Part shown: one piece after another, positions 1-9,769 of the stretch
Position numbering within the stretch: the first letter of the stretch is position 1
Layout of the letters: each line of letters starts with the position of its first letter
Assembly (NCBI GenBank): GCA_963745075.1
Contig: CAVUWV010000013.1
Span: forward strand, 96,001-160,000
Direction: 5' to 3'
Length of the DNA: 64,000 bases
Source of the DNA: Candidatus Hydrogenedentota bacterium
Lineage (GTDB): Bacteria; Hydrogenedentota; Hydrogenedentia; Hydrogenedentales; SLHB01
The notes under the pieces: generated by a model
What the model was told of the DNA's origin: nothing
Database searches by the model: none
What the model saw: only the letters and a program-made list of their open reading frames with translations
Position numbers and translations under genes: made by a program

Positions 1-379
1 CCATGTCAAACACGACCGGCAACGTCCGCATGGCGTTTGCGAATCCGCCGGCGCCGAGGCTTTCGTCCCCGATCATTCCCTGTTTCGGCGGCAATTTCTC
101 GTCGCGCACGCGCGCCTGCATACCGCCCACGCGGATGTGATTCAGCGTGTATTTCGCTCCGGCAACGGCCTCGCTGACGTCCGTCGTCGCAACGATGGTG
201 GATGGGAATCCGCTCTTGTTCAGCAGCCGTTGGCAGAAACCGGCTACCAGCTTCAGTTTCGGGCCTTCGCGCCCGACGAGCGCGATTTCCTTCACGTTAA
301 CGTTGTGGGAAATGATGGACAGGATAAGTTCCGGAATGTAAACGCTGCTGCCTCCGAGAATGGCGATACGCTCAATCAC
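1..379 (-). CDS. Family 4 glycoside hydrolase (6-phospho-beta-glucosidase-like), 5' part; runs off the window edge
   Basis: Absent from the ORF track. Manual translation from GTG 379 gives MIERIAILGGSSVYIPELILSII...AKYTLNHIRVGGMQARVRDEKLPPKQGMIGDESLGAGGFANAMRTLPVV, with the GH4 NAD-binding start and RVGG..R..DE..P...G..G.E..GAGG motifs. Confidence 0.88.
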   Translation of the reverse strand, partial: MIERIAILGGSSVYIPELILSIISHNVNVKEIALVGREGPKLKLVAGFCQRLLNKSGFPSTIVATTDVSEAVAGAKYTLNHIRVGGMQARVRDEKLPPKQGMIGDESLGAGGFANAMRTLPVVFDM

Positions 380-401
380 TTCACAATCCCCTTCATCGCC
401 T

Positions 402-1085
402 TCATACCCGCACAGACTCCAGCATAATGCCGCGGACTGCGTCAAACGCCGACCGCATGGCGATCCGCGACGGTTTGGGCCGGGTGTCCAACGAAACCCT
501 CCCCGCCCGAATGGCATCGACGATCCCCTTGGGCGTGGGCTCCGCTTCAATCCAGGAAAACGTCGTATCTTCGTATGGCAACTTGTGGGTATCGGAGTTG
601 CCGACCAGCGTCATTCCGAAGCGTGCGGCGGTGCGTCGAGCCCACCAGTTCGGGTTTAACCCACGCATGTATAGGGAACTCCACTCGATCGCGTCAAACA
701 AATCGATATTCCGAACCAGATCATGCAGTAGACTGCTCGGCGCAGGGTAATACGGATGGGGTGCGATAAACGCCGCGTCCTTGCGCCCAATCTCACGCAA
801 TGCATCAAAACTCGTGGCGGCCAAGTGGTCCGCATGGGGATTCAGAATCAATACATGTTTGCGCCCGATGAACTTTTCAATCCCCGGAACGAGCAGGACT
901 CCGCGACGCCGGGCAAACTCGGAAAGCCGGTCGGTGTAGAGGTTCAAATCGTGGCATGTGATGGCGAGGACGCCAATACCTGCAGCGGCGACCGCGTCGA
1001 TCAACATTTCGGCCGAATACGAAAGCGAATCAAACGGATCATCCGCCGCGTGCGTATGGAGATCGGCTTTGAGGCGCTTCATCAA
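402..1085 (-). CDS. PHP-domain metal-dependent phosphoesterase
   Basis: DLHTH, AITCHD, GIE, APHP and GNSDTH motifs typical of the PHP family. Confidence 0.88.
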   Translation of the reverse strand: MMKRLKADLHTHAADDPFDSLSYSAEMLIDAVAAAGIGVLAITCHDLNLYTDRLSEFARRRGVLLVPGIEKFIGRKHVLILNPHADHLAATSFDALREIGRKDAAFIAPHPYYPAPSSLLHDLVRNIDLFDAIEWSSLYMRGLNPNWWARRTAARFGMTLVGNSDTHKLPYEDTTFSWIEAEPTPKGIVDAIRAGRVSLDTRPKPSRIAMRSAFDAVRGIMLESVRV

Positions 1086-1393
1086 CGCGATACCACTTTT
1101 TCCCTACACGTTCCCGAGACTCAGACGCTAGCGATTCCATTACGGGCATGTCAAACGCGCAACGGGCCAAAAACCGGTCACGGGCGTTCCGCATCGGACC
1201 ACCCGCGAGGCGTCAGCGCTGACCACCCTTAGCCACCCCGAACGGCTAAGGGGTATCATATCAACCGGGCGTCAAGCGGTTCAAAGCAGCACGCTGCCGT
1301 ACAAAGCCGGAACGACTCCAAAACGTTGTTGCGTGGATTGTTCCCAAACAGTGGCAATGCGAGGGAATTGCCTACGCGAACCGCAGCCTTGGC

Positions 1394-1972
1394 TTACACA
1401 ACAAGGTCGTCGGGATCGGACAGGGGGATTCCGTCTTGACATCCCGGGCATTCCGCGGGATCGTAGCTTTTCATCGCCAGGTGGGCGAGCGGCTTGTACG
1501 GGCACTCGAACAGGGCCTCGCCGCCACTCCGGTCGATAAGGACGGAAACGCCGGCGACGCGCGCACCGCGTTCGAGCAGGTGGTCGATCGTTTTCTGCAC
1601 GGAACCTCCCGTGGTCACGATATCTTCCACGACCAACACGTTGGTGCGGGGCTCCAGTTTGAAACCACGGCGGAGCGACATCGTCCGGCCGTTGTCGTCT
1701 TTCTCCGTAAAGACGGCCCGGCAGTCCAACTGGCGGGCCGTCTCGTACGCGAGCAGGATTCCTCCCGTCGCCGGTCCGACGACCAATTCGACATTTTCCT
1801 GGGCCCATTTCTCCGCCATACCCTTACACAATTTCTCGGTGTAGTTCGGGTACTGAAGCACACGGGACGCCTGGAGAAACTGCGATCCGTGGCGGCCGCT
1901 CGCATACACGAAATGGCCTTCCAGCAGCGCGCCGGTCGCGCGGAAAATGTCCACTACCTGTCCCGATGTCAT
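1394..1972 (-). CDS. pyrE: Orotate phosphoribosyltransferase
   Basis: LLEGHFVYASGRH and PRPP-binding VLVVEDIVTTGGS; overlaps the pyrF stop. Confidence 0.96.
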   Translation of the reverse strand: MTSGQVVDIFRATGALLEGHFVYASGRHGSQFLQASRVLQYPNYTEKLCKGMAEKWAQENVELVVGPATGGILLAYETARQLDCRAVFTEKDDNGRTMSLRRGFKLEPRTNVLVVEDIVTTGGSVQKTIDHLLERGARVAGVSVLIDRSGGEALFECPYKPLAHLAMKSYDPAECPGCQDGIPLSDPDDLVV

Positions 1973-2664
1973 GATGCGAGTTCCTTGTTTATGAGTTGGA
2001 CGGCTTCGCCGGGCCGTTCATGTTTGAGTACCGGACGCCCCACCACGATGAAGTCCGCACCGGCCTTCGCGGCGGCCGCCGGCGTGGTGAACCTCGCCTG
2101 GTCGTCTTGACCAGCCCAGTCAGGCCGCACGCCCGGCGTGACCAGCACGGGTTCCGGCCCGATGGTGTCGCGCAAGACTTCAATCTCCAATGGTGACGAC
2201 ACGATGCCATGGGCTCCGGCCTCGACGGCCAAGCGTGCCAGACGTGCCACGGCCTCGCCGGGCGTCTCCGGCAACCCTACCTCGCCGCGAAGCACTTCCT
2301 CGGATACACTCGTCAAAACCGTCACGGCCAAAACACGCGTTTCCGAGCCCTCTACCGCGTCGCGCGCGGCGGCGATCATATGTTTTCCGCCAAGGGCATG
2401 GACGGTGATGAACGCCACGCCAAGATCCGCGGCGGCCTTGGCCGCGTGACCGACCGTGTTTGGGATATCGTGCAGTTTCAAGTCCAAGAAGATGCGCTTA
2501 TCATTGGCCTGGAGATAGCGGGGGAGAGTGGGGCCCGTACGGGAGAACAACTGCAGGCCAATTTTGAACCACTCGCAGCCCGCACACGCATTCACGGCCA
2601 ACAGCGACTCTTCGCGCGTATCCAAGTCGAGCGCTACGATAAGTTGGGTCTTACGATCGGTCAT
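1969..2664 (-). CDS. pyrF: Orotidine-5'-phosphate decarboxylase
   Basis: IVALD, FLDLKLHDIPNTV, VTPGVRP, DQAR, IVVGRP motifs. Confidence 0.97.
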   Translation of the reverse strand: MTDRKTQLIVALDLDTREESLLAVNACAGCEWFKIGLQLFSRTGPTLPRYLQANDKRIFLDLKLHDIPNTVGHAAKAAADLGVAFITVHALGGKHMIAAARDAVEGSETRVLAVTVLTSVSEEVLRGEVGLPETPGEAVARLARLAVEAGAHGIVSSPLEIEVLRDTIGPEPVLVTPGVRPDWAGQDDQARFTTPAAAAKAGADFIVVGRPVLKHERPGEAVQLINKELAS

Positions 2665-2667
2665 AAT

Positions 2668-3621
2668 TCATACCTTCATTGCTCCGACGAGGTCGGACAC
2701 GTGGGCGATGCCATGGCGTTTGAGATAGTCTTCCAAATCGCGAAGGACGCGCAGCGCCGCGTCCGGCTGACGAAACGACATGGAACCAACGGATACCGCG
2801 GTCGCACCCGCCAGCAAAAACTCCACCGCGTCGCGGCCGTAGCAGATTCCACCCGTGCCGATGATTGGGATCTTCACCGCACGCGCTGCGTCCCACACCA
2901 TCTTCACCGCGACCGGACGGATCGCCGGTCCGCTCAGACCGCCGACGATGTTGGACAGACGGGGCCGCCGCGTCTCGGCGTCTATGGCCATGCCCAGAAG
3001 GGTGTTAATGAGGCACAACCCATCCGCGCCCGCTTCTTCCGCCGCCCGTGCCGGTTCCTGGATATCGAGCACGTTGGGCGTCAATTTGACGAACAAAGGG
3101 AGTCGCGTCGCGCTGCGTATCGTGCGCGTATACTCCATAACCGCGTCCGGGTTCTGTGAAACGAGAACCGCGCCTTTTGCCTGGCGCGCGTCGTGAACGT
3201 TCGGGCAGGACAGGTTTGCTTCGATGGCATCCGCCGCATTTTCCTCTTCCAGACGCTGCGCGAGCGTGGCGTACTCATCGGGCGAATGCCCGTAAATGTT
3301 ACCAATAATCGTCGCGCCCCGCTCCCGAAGGAAGGGCGCCTTCTCGCGCAGGTACACGTCCAGCCCGACGTTTTGCAGTCCAATCGCGTTGAGCATTCCA
3401 GCGGGCGTTTCCACCAGCCGCGGCGGTTTGTTTCCCGCCCGAACTTTCAGAGAGAGGCTCTTGGTAGTGACTGCGCCCAGCTCGGCTACGTTAAAATACT
3501 GGTTGTATTCCGCACCGTACCCGAACGTGCCCGACGCCACCGTCACGGGATTCTTCATCGATAGCCCGCCGAGATCGATCTCCAGGTTGGGCGCTATCGT
3601 AGTCTCAGCGCTTGGTGACAT
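2668..3621 (-). CDS. pyrD: Dihydroorotate dehydrogenase, family 1B catalytic subunit
   Basis: KNPVTVASGTFG, GMLNAIGLQN, NLSCPNV, KLTPNV, GGLSGPAIRPVA motifs. Confidence 0.96.
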   Translation of the reverse strand: MSPSAETTIAPNLEIDLGGLSMKNPVTVASGTFGYGAEYNQYFNVAELGAVTTKSLSLKVRAGNKPPRLVETPAGMLNAIGLQNVGLDVYLREKAPFLRERGATIIGNIYGHSPDEYATLAQRLEEENAADAIEANLSCPNVHDARQAKGAVLVSQNPDAVMEYTRTIRSATRLPLFVKLTPNVLDIQEPARAAEEAGADGLCLINTLLGMAIDAETRRPRLSNIVGGLSGPAIRPVAVKMVWDAARAVKIPIIGTGGICYGRDAVEFLLAGATAVSVGSMSFRQPDAALRVLRDLEDYLKRHGIAHVSDLVGAMKV

Positions 3622-3738
3622 GGTATGGCATTACCCCGATGGTTTAACGAGCGGACGTGCACGCGGCGCGATGTCGCCCCATATTGTATCCACCGTACGC
3701 GCGGATTTCGAACCGTCAGCCGGGATGCGTCGGCTCGG

Positions 3739-4296
3739 TCAGGGTTTTGACGGGGCCCCGCCTTTATACGCGACTTCGCCGTCCTCGGATTCGTATTTTG
3801 CGCCATCCGGCAGGAATTCGAGGCGCGCCTCGAAAAATATCCGCTGCACCGCGCCGAGCGATTTGGAGCGGAAATGGCTCGCATCTACGATCCCCTCGTA
3901 GATCGCCCAGCGGTCCGTGTTCTCGCCGAGCACCATCAGCGCGTTGCGGTCCCGGTCGCGGCTGGTTCCGAATTTCTTGTACTCGCCGGTGCGGAGAATG
4001 TCGAGCAGTCCGTTCCGCGTTTCCCACGCGTGGCCGGTTTCGAGAAAGGCGTCGACCAGGTGGGCCCGGGCGGCTCGCGTACGGATCGCCTGTTGCACCG
4101 ACTCCGTATTCACGATGACGCCGTCGCGGTCGGCGATCGAGAAATCGCGGTTTCCATCATGCACCGCCTGTTCGATCTCGCGCGCTACCGCGCGCAACGT
4201 ATCGACGGGCACGTCGGCGTAGTCGGGCTTCATCTGCACAAAGGTGTGACATCCGCACATCCCAACCAGTAGACCGAGAAGAATGACTCGCTTCAC
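3739..4296 (-). CDS. Putative lipoprotein, DUF1318/YdbL-like
   Basis: Likely GTG start at 4296 (VKRVILLGLLVGMCGC, lipobox-like). The GHAWETRNGLL...ENTDRWAIYEGI...G..Y pattern resembles YdbL/DUF1318. Confidence 0.6.
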   Translation of the reverse strand: MKRVILLGLLVGMCGCHTFVQMKPDYADVPVDTLRAVAREIEQAVHDGNRDFSIADRDGVIVNTESVQQAIRTRAARAHLVDAFLETGHAWETRNGLLDILRTGEYKKFGTSRDRDRNALMVLGENTDRWAIYEGIVDASHFRSKSLGAVQRIFFEARLEFLPDGAKYESEDGEVAYKGGAPSKP

Positions 4297-4297
4297 G

Positions 4298-5932
4298 TTA
4301 GTTCTCCGTGGAGCCGGCTGCGACGACGCAGTTCTTGCCGCTCCGTTTCGCTTCATACAGTGCCATATCCGCCGCCCGAATGAGCGACTCCCCATCCAGC
4401 ATGTCTTCATGTTTCAGTTCCGAGACTCCGAAGCTCGCCGTCACAATGGAGTTGCTCGGAAGGCCGGAATAGCCGCCCAGCTCGATAGAGGCGCGCACAC
4501 GCTCGGCCTGTGCCATCGCGCCCGCCACTCCCGTCTGCGGCATGACGATGACAAATTCTTCCCCGCCGTAGCGAGCCAGGATGTCACTCCGGCGCGTGGT
4601 GCGGTGCGTGCGGGCCGCAATTTCCCGCAGGATTTCATCGCCTTGGAGATGACCGTATTTGTCGTTGATCATCTTGAAATCGTCAATATCGAAGATGATA
4701 CACGAAAGGGGAAGCCGGTATCGGCGCGCCCGGTCGAAGTCTTCCGCAAAGCGGTCGCGAAAGTGCCGGTGATTGTGGAGGCCGGTCAGTTCATCGGTTA
4801 CCGCCAATCGCTCCAGCCGTTCATTGGCATTCTGCAGGCGTTCCAGGAGATGCGCGCGTTCCAGGGCATTGGACGCGGCTTCCGCCACGATCTCACAGAA
4901 CCCGATCTCACGGCGGCTGAACGGACGGTCCTTGCGCGCCGCCCGGAGGAATAGGGAGCCGACGGTGGCGTCCAAAAGCACGATCGGGACGACCAGCAGC
5001 CCGGCGATTTCCGTGCCCTTCAATCCCTCGCAGCCCGCGGTGAGCGGATCGGTCTGGGCGTCTTCAATGACGACCTTTTCGAAGAGATCCATTGACCGGC
5101 GCAGTTCAGGGTACTTGGCCAATTCGATCACGAGATCCCGTACGCCGGCGTCATCGTGAGAAGCGACCACCTGTCCGCACTCGTCGTTTCCCCAAATCCG
5201 CACGACCGAACACCGATCGACCTGGATTACCCGGGCGATTTGCTCGACGAATATGTACAGCACGTCGTGAGAGCGACGGCGAGAGGAAATCGCCTTCAAA
5301 ATATCAAGCACCGACAGGAGGTCGTCGCGTCCGACGGACTCCGTGGTCTGCTGCGAACTGACGAGCCGCGTGAACATCGTCATCATCCGAGTGACTTGCG
5401 GGGTCCACTGAAGCAATGCGTCCGGTTGGGCGACCGGTAGCCCCTCCGCCTTCTTTTTCCCATCGGCGAGGAGCGCCCGGGCGATACTTTCCACGCTATG
5501 CCGGTCGGCCGTCCAACCGCCGTGGAATGCCGTTGCCGATTCATTTACCTGGCCCAGCATGGCGATGCTCACGGTCGACGAAAGCACCACCAGCACCCGA
5601 TCGTTGAGATCTTGCACGAATGGGCTTTGAACGCCGTCACCTTCCCGATGCCCCGCATGGTCCGCGCCGTCCGGTGTGAACGTAATCACGCGATCGGCCA
5701 GTGCGCGAATTCGGTCCAGATCGCCAATCGTCCGCGCTGTGGACGAGTCGATGCACAGAAGCAGCGAATCGCCTGGTGATCCGGCCAACTGCCGGGCCGA
5801 CTCTGACGCGAAGGCTTCGAAAATCAGGCGAGAATCGATCGGCACCAAAGAATTTGCGTTCGCGGCGGCGGACAAGAGCGAATGGTCCTTCGCATCGCCC
5901 TGGGTCAGCGTATTTGCGGCTTGCTCAAGCAT
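4298..5932 (-). CDS. Diguanylate cyclase with DICT-like and GAF domains
   Basis: TDELTGLHN, DIDDFKMINDKYGHLQGD, RRSD I-site, ARYGGEEF; central GAF; N-terminal VLVVLS...FHGGWTADR resembles DICT. Confidence 0.92.
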   Translation of the reverse strand: MLEQAANTLTQGDAKDHSLLSAAANANSLVPIDSRLIFEAFASESARQLAGSPGDSLLLCIDSSTARTIGDLDRIRALADRVITFTPDGADHAGHREGDGVQSPFVQDLNDRVLVVLSSTVSIAMLGQVNESATAFHGGWTADRHSVESIARALLADGKKKAEGLPVAQPDALLQWTPQVTRMMTMFTRLVSSQQTTESVGRDDLLSVLDILKAISSRRRSHDVLYIFVEQIARVIQVDRCSVVRIWGNDECGQVVASHDDAGVRDLVIELAKYPELRRSMDLFEKVVIEDAQTDPLTAGCEGLKGTEIAGLLVVPIVLLDATVGSLFLRAARKDRPFSRREIGFCEIVAEAASNALERAHLLERLQNANERLERLAVTDELTGLHNHRHFRDRFAEDFDRARRYRLPLSCIIFDIDDFKMINDKYGHLQGDEILREIAARTHRTTRRSDILARYGGEEFVIVMPQTGVAGAMAQAERVRASIELGGYSGLPSNSIVTASFGVSELKHEDMLDGESLIRAADMALYEAKRSGKNCVVAAGSTEN

Positions 5933-5968
5933 GTAATCCCCGTACTACAATCGACTGCGCGGCGCGCC

Positions 5969-5997
5969 ATTATTCGGCGACCGGCGGTTAATGTCAA
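5969..5997 (-). promoter_or_regulatory. Putative sigma70 promoter of the diguanylate cyclase
   Basis: Minus strand reads TTGACA-N17-AATAAT about 37 nt upstream of the ATG. Confidence 0.55.
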
Positions 5998-6081
5998 GGA
6001 AGTCTGGTGCACGTCCGCATCCGGATTGCGGAGGGAGCCCACACTAGTGCACCTCCGCCCCGAGCACCCGGCAGGCCGCGA

Positions 6082-7386
6082 TCACGATTGGGCGACCGCC
6101 AGCGTATCGATGCTTTCCGGTTCGATCGTCTCCACGACTTGCACGGGGGTGGAACGCACGACCAAGTCGTATAGTTCCTCGACTTCGTCCATGCGAAGCC
6201 GGGCGCACCCGTGGGAGGAGTACTGCCCAACCGTTGCCGGATCGATGGCGCCGTGGATGCCCAAGTCGCTGGGAAGTCCTTCTTGAACCGGCACAAAGGG
6301 CATCCACCGCGTTCCAAGCTCGTTCTTGGGATCGCCCGGAGGAATCGGATCGGCGCCCGGCTTGTACCACGTCGGATCCTTAATTTTGTTGCCGATCTTG
6401 TACTTTCCCAAGGCGGTTTCGTGGCCGGGCATACCGAGTCCCGTGGAATAGCGTTTGAACATCCCGTTGCTGTCCATGAGAAACAGCCTGCGTGTCGACC
6501 GCTCTATCACGATCCGAAAGTCCTTCGGGGTCCACTTCAGCGTTTGTCCCACCTGTAGTGTCGCGTCCGCGTCCAAACTGTTGGCCCGAGTCAGGAGGCC
6601 TTGCGTGGTATTCAACTTGATTCCGATGCTGGTGAGACTATCGCCGGATTCCACCGTATAGACCTTGCTGTCGGGAGTGGCTTGGGGCGCGAAGATGAGT
6701 TCGACGTTTGCTTTCCCCAATGCGTCCAGCGCTTCGTTCCATTCGTCGGAATTCCAGGCAGCGCTTTTGACGGCCTCCGCGTACAGGTCGCGGGCGCCAA
6801 CCGGGTCGCCCTTACGCGCGGCGTTTCGCCCGAGACCGGTCAGGGCCGGCGCCCGATACTCGGAAGGCGCATGGGCCCGGATGTCTTCGTAAACCTGGAG
6901 CGCTTGGTCTACCTGCCCGTCGTCTTCCAAGAACCTGGCATATGCCGCAGCGGCTCGGGGCTGTTCCGGACTGTCGGGAAACGCGGTCGCGGCACGCTTC
7001 AACCGGGCCTGTGCCGAATCCCGGTCACCCTTCGCCAAGTCGAGTTTTGCCAGGAGCATAAGCGCGGGGCCGGCTAAGGTGCCGTCTTTGGACTTTTCCG
7101 CGATGGGCACCAACAGATCGCGCGCTTCCTGGGTATGACCGTCCGCGAGCAGGGTCTGGGCCGTCTCGATATTCGCTTGGGCACTGGCCTCCACGCGTCC
7201 AACGGAGCCGCCACTGCCAAACCAGCGCGTTGCACGGTACACGCCAAAGGCGGCGCCGAAAAGCGCTATGAGAACGACGATTATCTTGAGTAAGCTGGGA
7301 TCTTTTCGGGTTTTGTACATCACGTTTGAAGAAACACGCCCTATATCTTGTGGTGGTTTAGACTGGTTCGTACCAGAATACACCAA
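6082..7386 (-). CDS. Membrane-anchored TPR-LysM L,D-transpeptidase (YkuD family)
   Basis: N-terminal TM helix, TPR-like helices, LysM (YTVESGDSLTSI), YkuD motif GIHG...SSHGCARL. Confidence 0.9.
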   Translation of the reverse strand: MVYSGTNQSKPPQDIGRVSSNVMYKTRKDPSLLKIIVVLIALFGAAFGVYRATRWFGSGGSVGRVEASAQANIETAQTLLADGHTQEARDLLVPIAEKSKDGTLAGPALMLLAKLDLAKGDRDSAQARLKRAATAFPDSPEQPRAAAAYARFLEDDGQVDQALQVYEDIRAHAPSEYRAPALTGLGRNAARKGDPVGARDLYAEAVKSAAWNSDEWNEALDALGKANVELIFAPQATPDSKVYTVESGDSLTSIGIKLNTTQGLLTRANSLDADATLQVGQTLKWTPKDFRIVIERSTRRLFLMDSNGMFKRYSTGLGMPGHETALGKYKIGNKIKDPTWYKPGADPIPPGDPKNELGTRWMPFVPVQEGLPSDLGIHGAIDPATVGQYSSHGCARLRMDEVEELYDLVVRSTPVQVVETIEPESIDTLAVAQS

Positions 7387-7483
7387 TGAATGCGTCTACG
7401 CAATACGGAATGATCCGTTTCTTAATGGACAAATTGATGAAAGTACGGCTGCCGCGGGTGAATTCCGCAGTTTTCGCGAATGG

Positions 7484-8452
7484 CTATATGCGAGATTCTG
7501 CGATCCGGGTCAGATCCAGCAAGAGTTCGGTCATCGATTGGTAGCGGCGTTCCGGCTGCCGTCGCAATGCCTTGAGCACAATCCGGTCCAAGGCCGGCGG
7601 AATCTCGGAATTGTGTTTGGAGGGCGGCTCGAATTTGTACTTGCTGCTCTTGATTTGTTTCATGATTTCCCGCGAATCCCGCCCGTTGCACGGATGCTTG
7701 CCCGCGAAGAGTTCGTACATCGTAATGCCGAACGAGAAGATGTCGGAACGCGCGTCCAATCCGCGACCCTTATTGTTGATTTGCTCGGGCGACATGTACG
7801 CCCGGGTACCGCCGCCTTCCCGGATCCATCGGGTCCGCCAGCTCGAGCTGGCCTTGGAAAGCCCGAAGTCGCAAATCTTTACTTGTCTTAAGTCGCGCGA
7901 GAACAAAAAGTTCCCGGGTTTGATGTCGCGATGCACGATGCCACGTTGATGCAGGAAATCCAACCCGTGGCACAGGCGGATGCAGATGTCGATCATCTGC
8001 TGGAGGGTCAAGTCGCGGTCGGTGATGTGCTTGCGCAGATCCGGGCCATCCACGAATTCCATCAACAGGCAACGGCGAATGTTGCCGTCGGCATCTTCCT
8101 GTTCGATGATCTCCTTGTTGTACCGGATGATGCATTCGTGCTTCAGCTCTGCCGCGACGAGGATTTCACGTCCCAGGTAGTCGCGGCGGCGCTTCTTCTT
8201 GTCCAGGTCGAACTGGCGGTCCAGGACCTTGATGGCGACCGTCTGGTCGCGCTTGCGGTCGATCGCCTTGTACACGGTCCCCATCCCGCCCCGGCCGATG
8301 GGGGCGATGATTTCGTAGGGCCCTACGTGCGTCAGTTCCAGTGTCGAGCCGGCCCCATCGATGGCCGCACCAACCGGTTCGGTTTCCCGAAGGACGTCGT
8401 CTTCCCGGCGTTTGCGGCCGAACATTCTCATGATTGCACCTGTCTTAAGCAT
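7484..8452 (-). CDS. Hanks-type Ser/Thr protein kinase, soluble
   Basis: IGRGGMGTVY, VAIK, HRDIKPGN, DFG, YMSPEQ, SDIFSFG. Confidence 0.95.
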   Translation of the reverse strand: MLKTGAIMRMFGRKRREDDVLRETEPVGAAIDGAGSTLELTHVGPYEIIAPIGRGGMGTVYKAIDRKRDQTVAIKVLDRQFDLDKKKRRRDYLGREILVAAELKHECIIRYNKEIIEQEDADGNIRRCLLMEFVDGPDLRKHITDRDLTLQQMIDICIRLCHGLDFLHQRGIVHRDIKPGNFLFSRDLRQVKICDFGLSKASSSWRTRWIREGGGTRAYMSPEQINNKGRGLDARSDIFSFGITMYELFAGKHPCNGRDSREIMKQIKSSKYKFEPPSKHNSEIPPALDRIVLKALRRQPERRYQSMTELLLDLTRIAESRI

Positions 8453-8569
8453 CGATGATTCCTACCACTCCCAGCTAAACACTCGGGTTTGTCTGTCATG
8501 CACCAATTGGACACATTACTGCCTTGTCGGCAGCGTTCGTCCTTCCCCTGGCAATGAGCCTGACCGAAG

Positions 8570-9565
8570 TTATCCAGTTTTCCAGCTCGCGGAACCGGCG
8601 GGCACCGGTACCTCGGAGATTATATCACGTAGCACGCTATGGGCGGTTACGCGGCGTAAGCGACTCTCCGGATTCAAGATAAGACGATGTTCCAGTACCG
8701 GATGGGCCAATGTCTTTACGTCGTCCGGAAGCACGTAACTCCGGCCCTGCACTGCCGCAAATGACTGGCAGGCACGGAATAACGCCATCGATGCGCGGGG
8801 ACTGGCCCCGAGGCTTAAATGGGTGGAATCGCGCGTTCGATGCACAATTCGAAGGATGTATTCGCGCACTTTGTCGTGGATGTGAATCTCGCGTATCCCC
8901 GCTTGCATCTTCAGCACGGTCTGCGGGTCCGTGACTGGCTTGAGCGCCTCCAGCGGGTGCGTGACGCGCATGCGCTCAAGCATTTCACCCTCGGCGGTGA
9001 TGTTGGGGTAGCCCACGGACAGGCGCAGCATAAACCGGTCGAGCTGCGCCTCGGGTAGGGGGAAGGTTCCCTCGTGCTCGACGGGGTTTTGGGTCGCGAA
9101 CACGACAAAGGGTTGCGCGAGTTGATAGGTCGTCCCGTCAACGGAAACCTGCCCTTCCGCCATCGCTTCGAGAAGCGCACTTTGGGTCCGCGGCGTGGCC
9201 CGGTTGATTTCGTCCGCCACGATCACTTGCGAGAAGATCGGTCCGCGGCGGAACTCGAACTCCTGTGTTTTCTGGTTGTAGATGGAAACGCCGCTGACAT
9301 CCGTCGGGAGCAGGTCGGGCGTGCATTGAATGCGGGTGAACGAACAGCCGCTGGATACCGCCAGGCATCGAACCAACACCGTTTTTGCGACGCCCGGCAC
9401 GTCTTCCATCAATACGTGGCCGCCGGCCAGGAACGCCGCCAATGCTGTTTTGATGACGGCGGTCTTGTCCAGAATCACCGTCTCGACATTGCGGACGATG
9501 TCCTTGATGGCTTGTCGAAATGCGCTCAAGTACCCTTCCCTTCCACGCGTGAAACGATGATACAA
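8570..9565 (-). CDS. MoxR-family AAA+ ATPase (start possibly TTG 9529)
   Basis: HVLMEDVPGVAKT, RIQCTPDLLPTD, DEINRATPRTQSALLEAM, ATQNPVE, LPEAQLDRF. Confidence 0.95.
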   Translation of the reverse strand: MYHRFTRGREGYLSAFRQAIKDIVRNVETVILDKTAVIKTALAAFLAGGHVLMEDVPGVAKTVLVRCLAVSSGCSFTRIQCTPDLLPTDVSGVSIYNQKTQEFEFRRGPIFSQVIVADEINRATPRTQSALLEAMAEGQVSVDGTTYQLAQPFVVFATQNPVEHEGTFPLPEAQLDRFMLRLSVGYPNITAEGEMLERMRVTHPLEALKPVTDPQTVLKMQAGIREIHIHDKVREYILRIVHRTRDSTHLSLGASPRASMALFRACQSFAAVQGRSYVLPDDVKTLAHPVLEHRLILNPESRLRRVTAHSVLRDIISEVPVPAGSASWKTG

Positions 9566-9769
9566 GCCGGTCCCATGCGGTGCAAGTATTCAACCCGGAA
9601 TCGTCCGAAGATTTTGCACCTATAAAAGCGTGCGAACTGCGTCATCGGTTAGTTCTGATAAAACTGCACCGTTGTGCGATTACACGAATCGTGCTACTGT
9701 GAAAGCGTCAATTCTTAGCGAAGTTCCGGGCCTGTGTTTGCAGGCGCAACCTTCCGGAGGATCGGTGCC

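Noticed and set aside
1226..1252. Hairpin CCCTTAGCC/GGCTAAGGG after pyrE as a terminator or PyrR attenuator
   Set aside because: It has no U-tract on either strand and lies downstream, not upstream, of the pyr genes.
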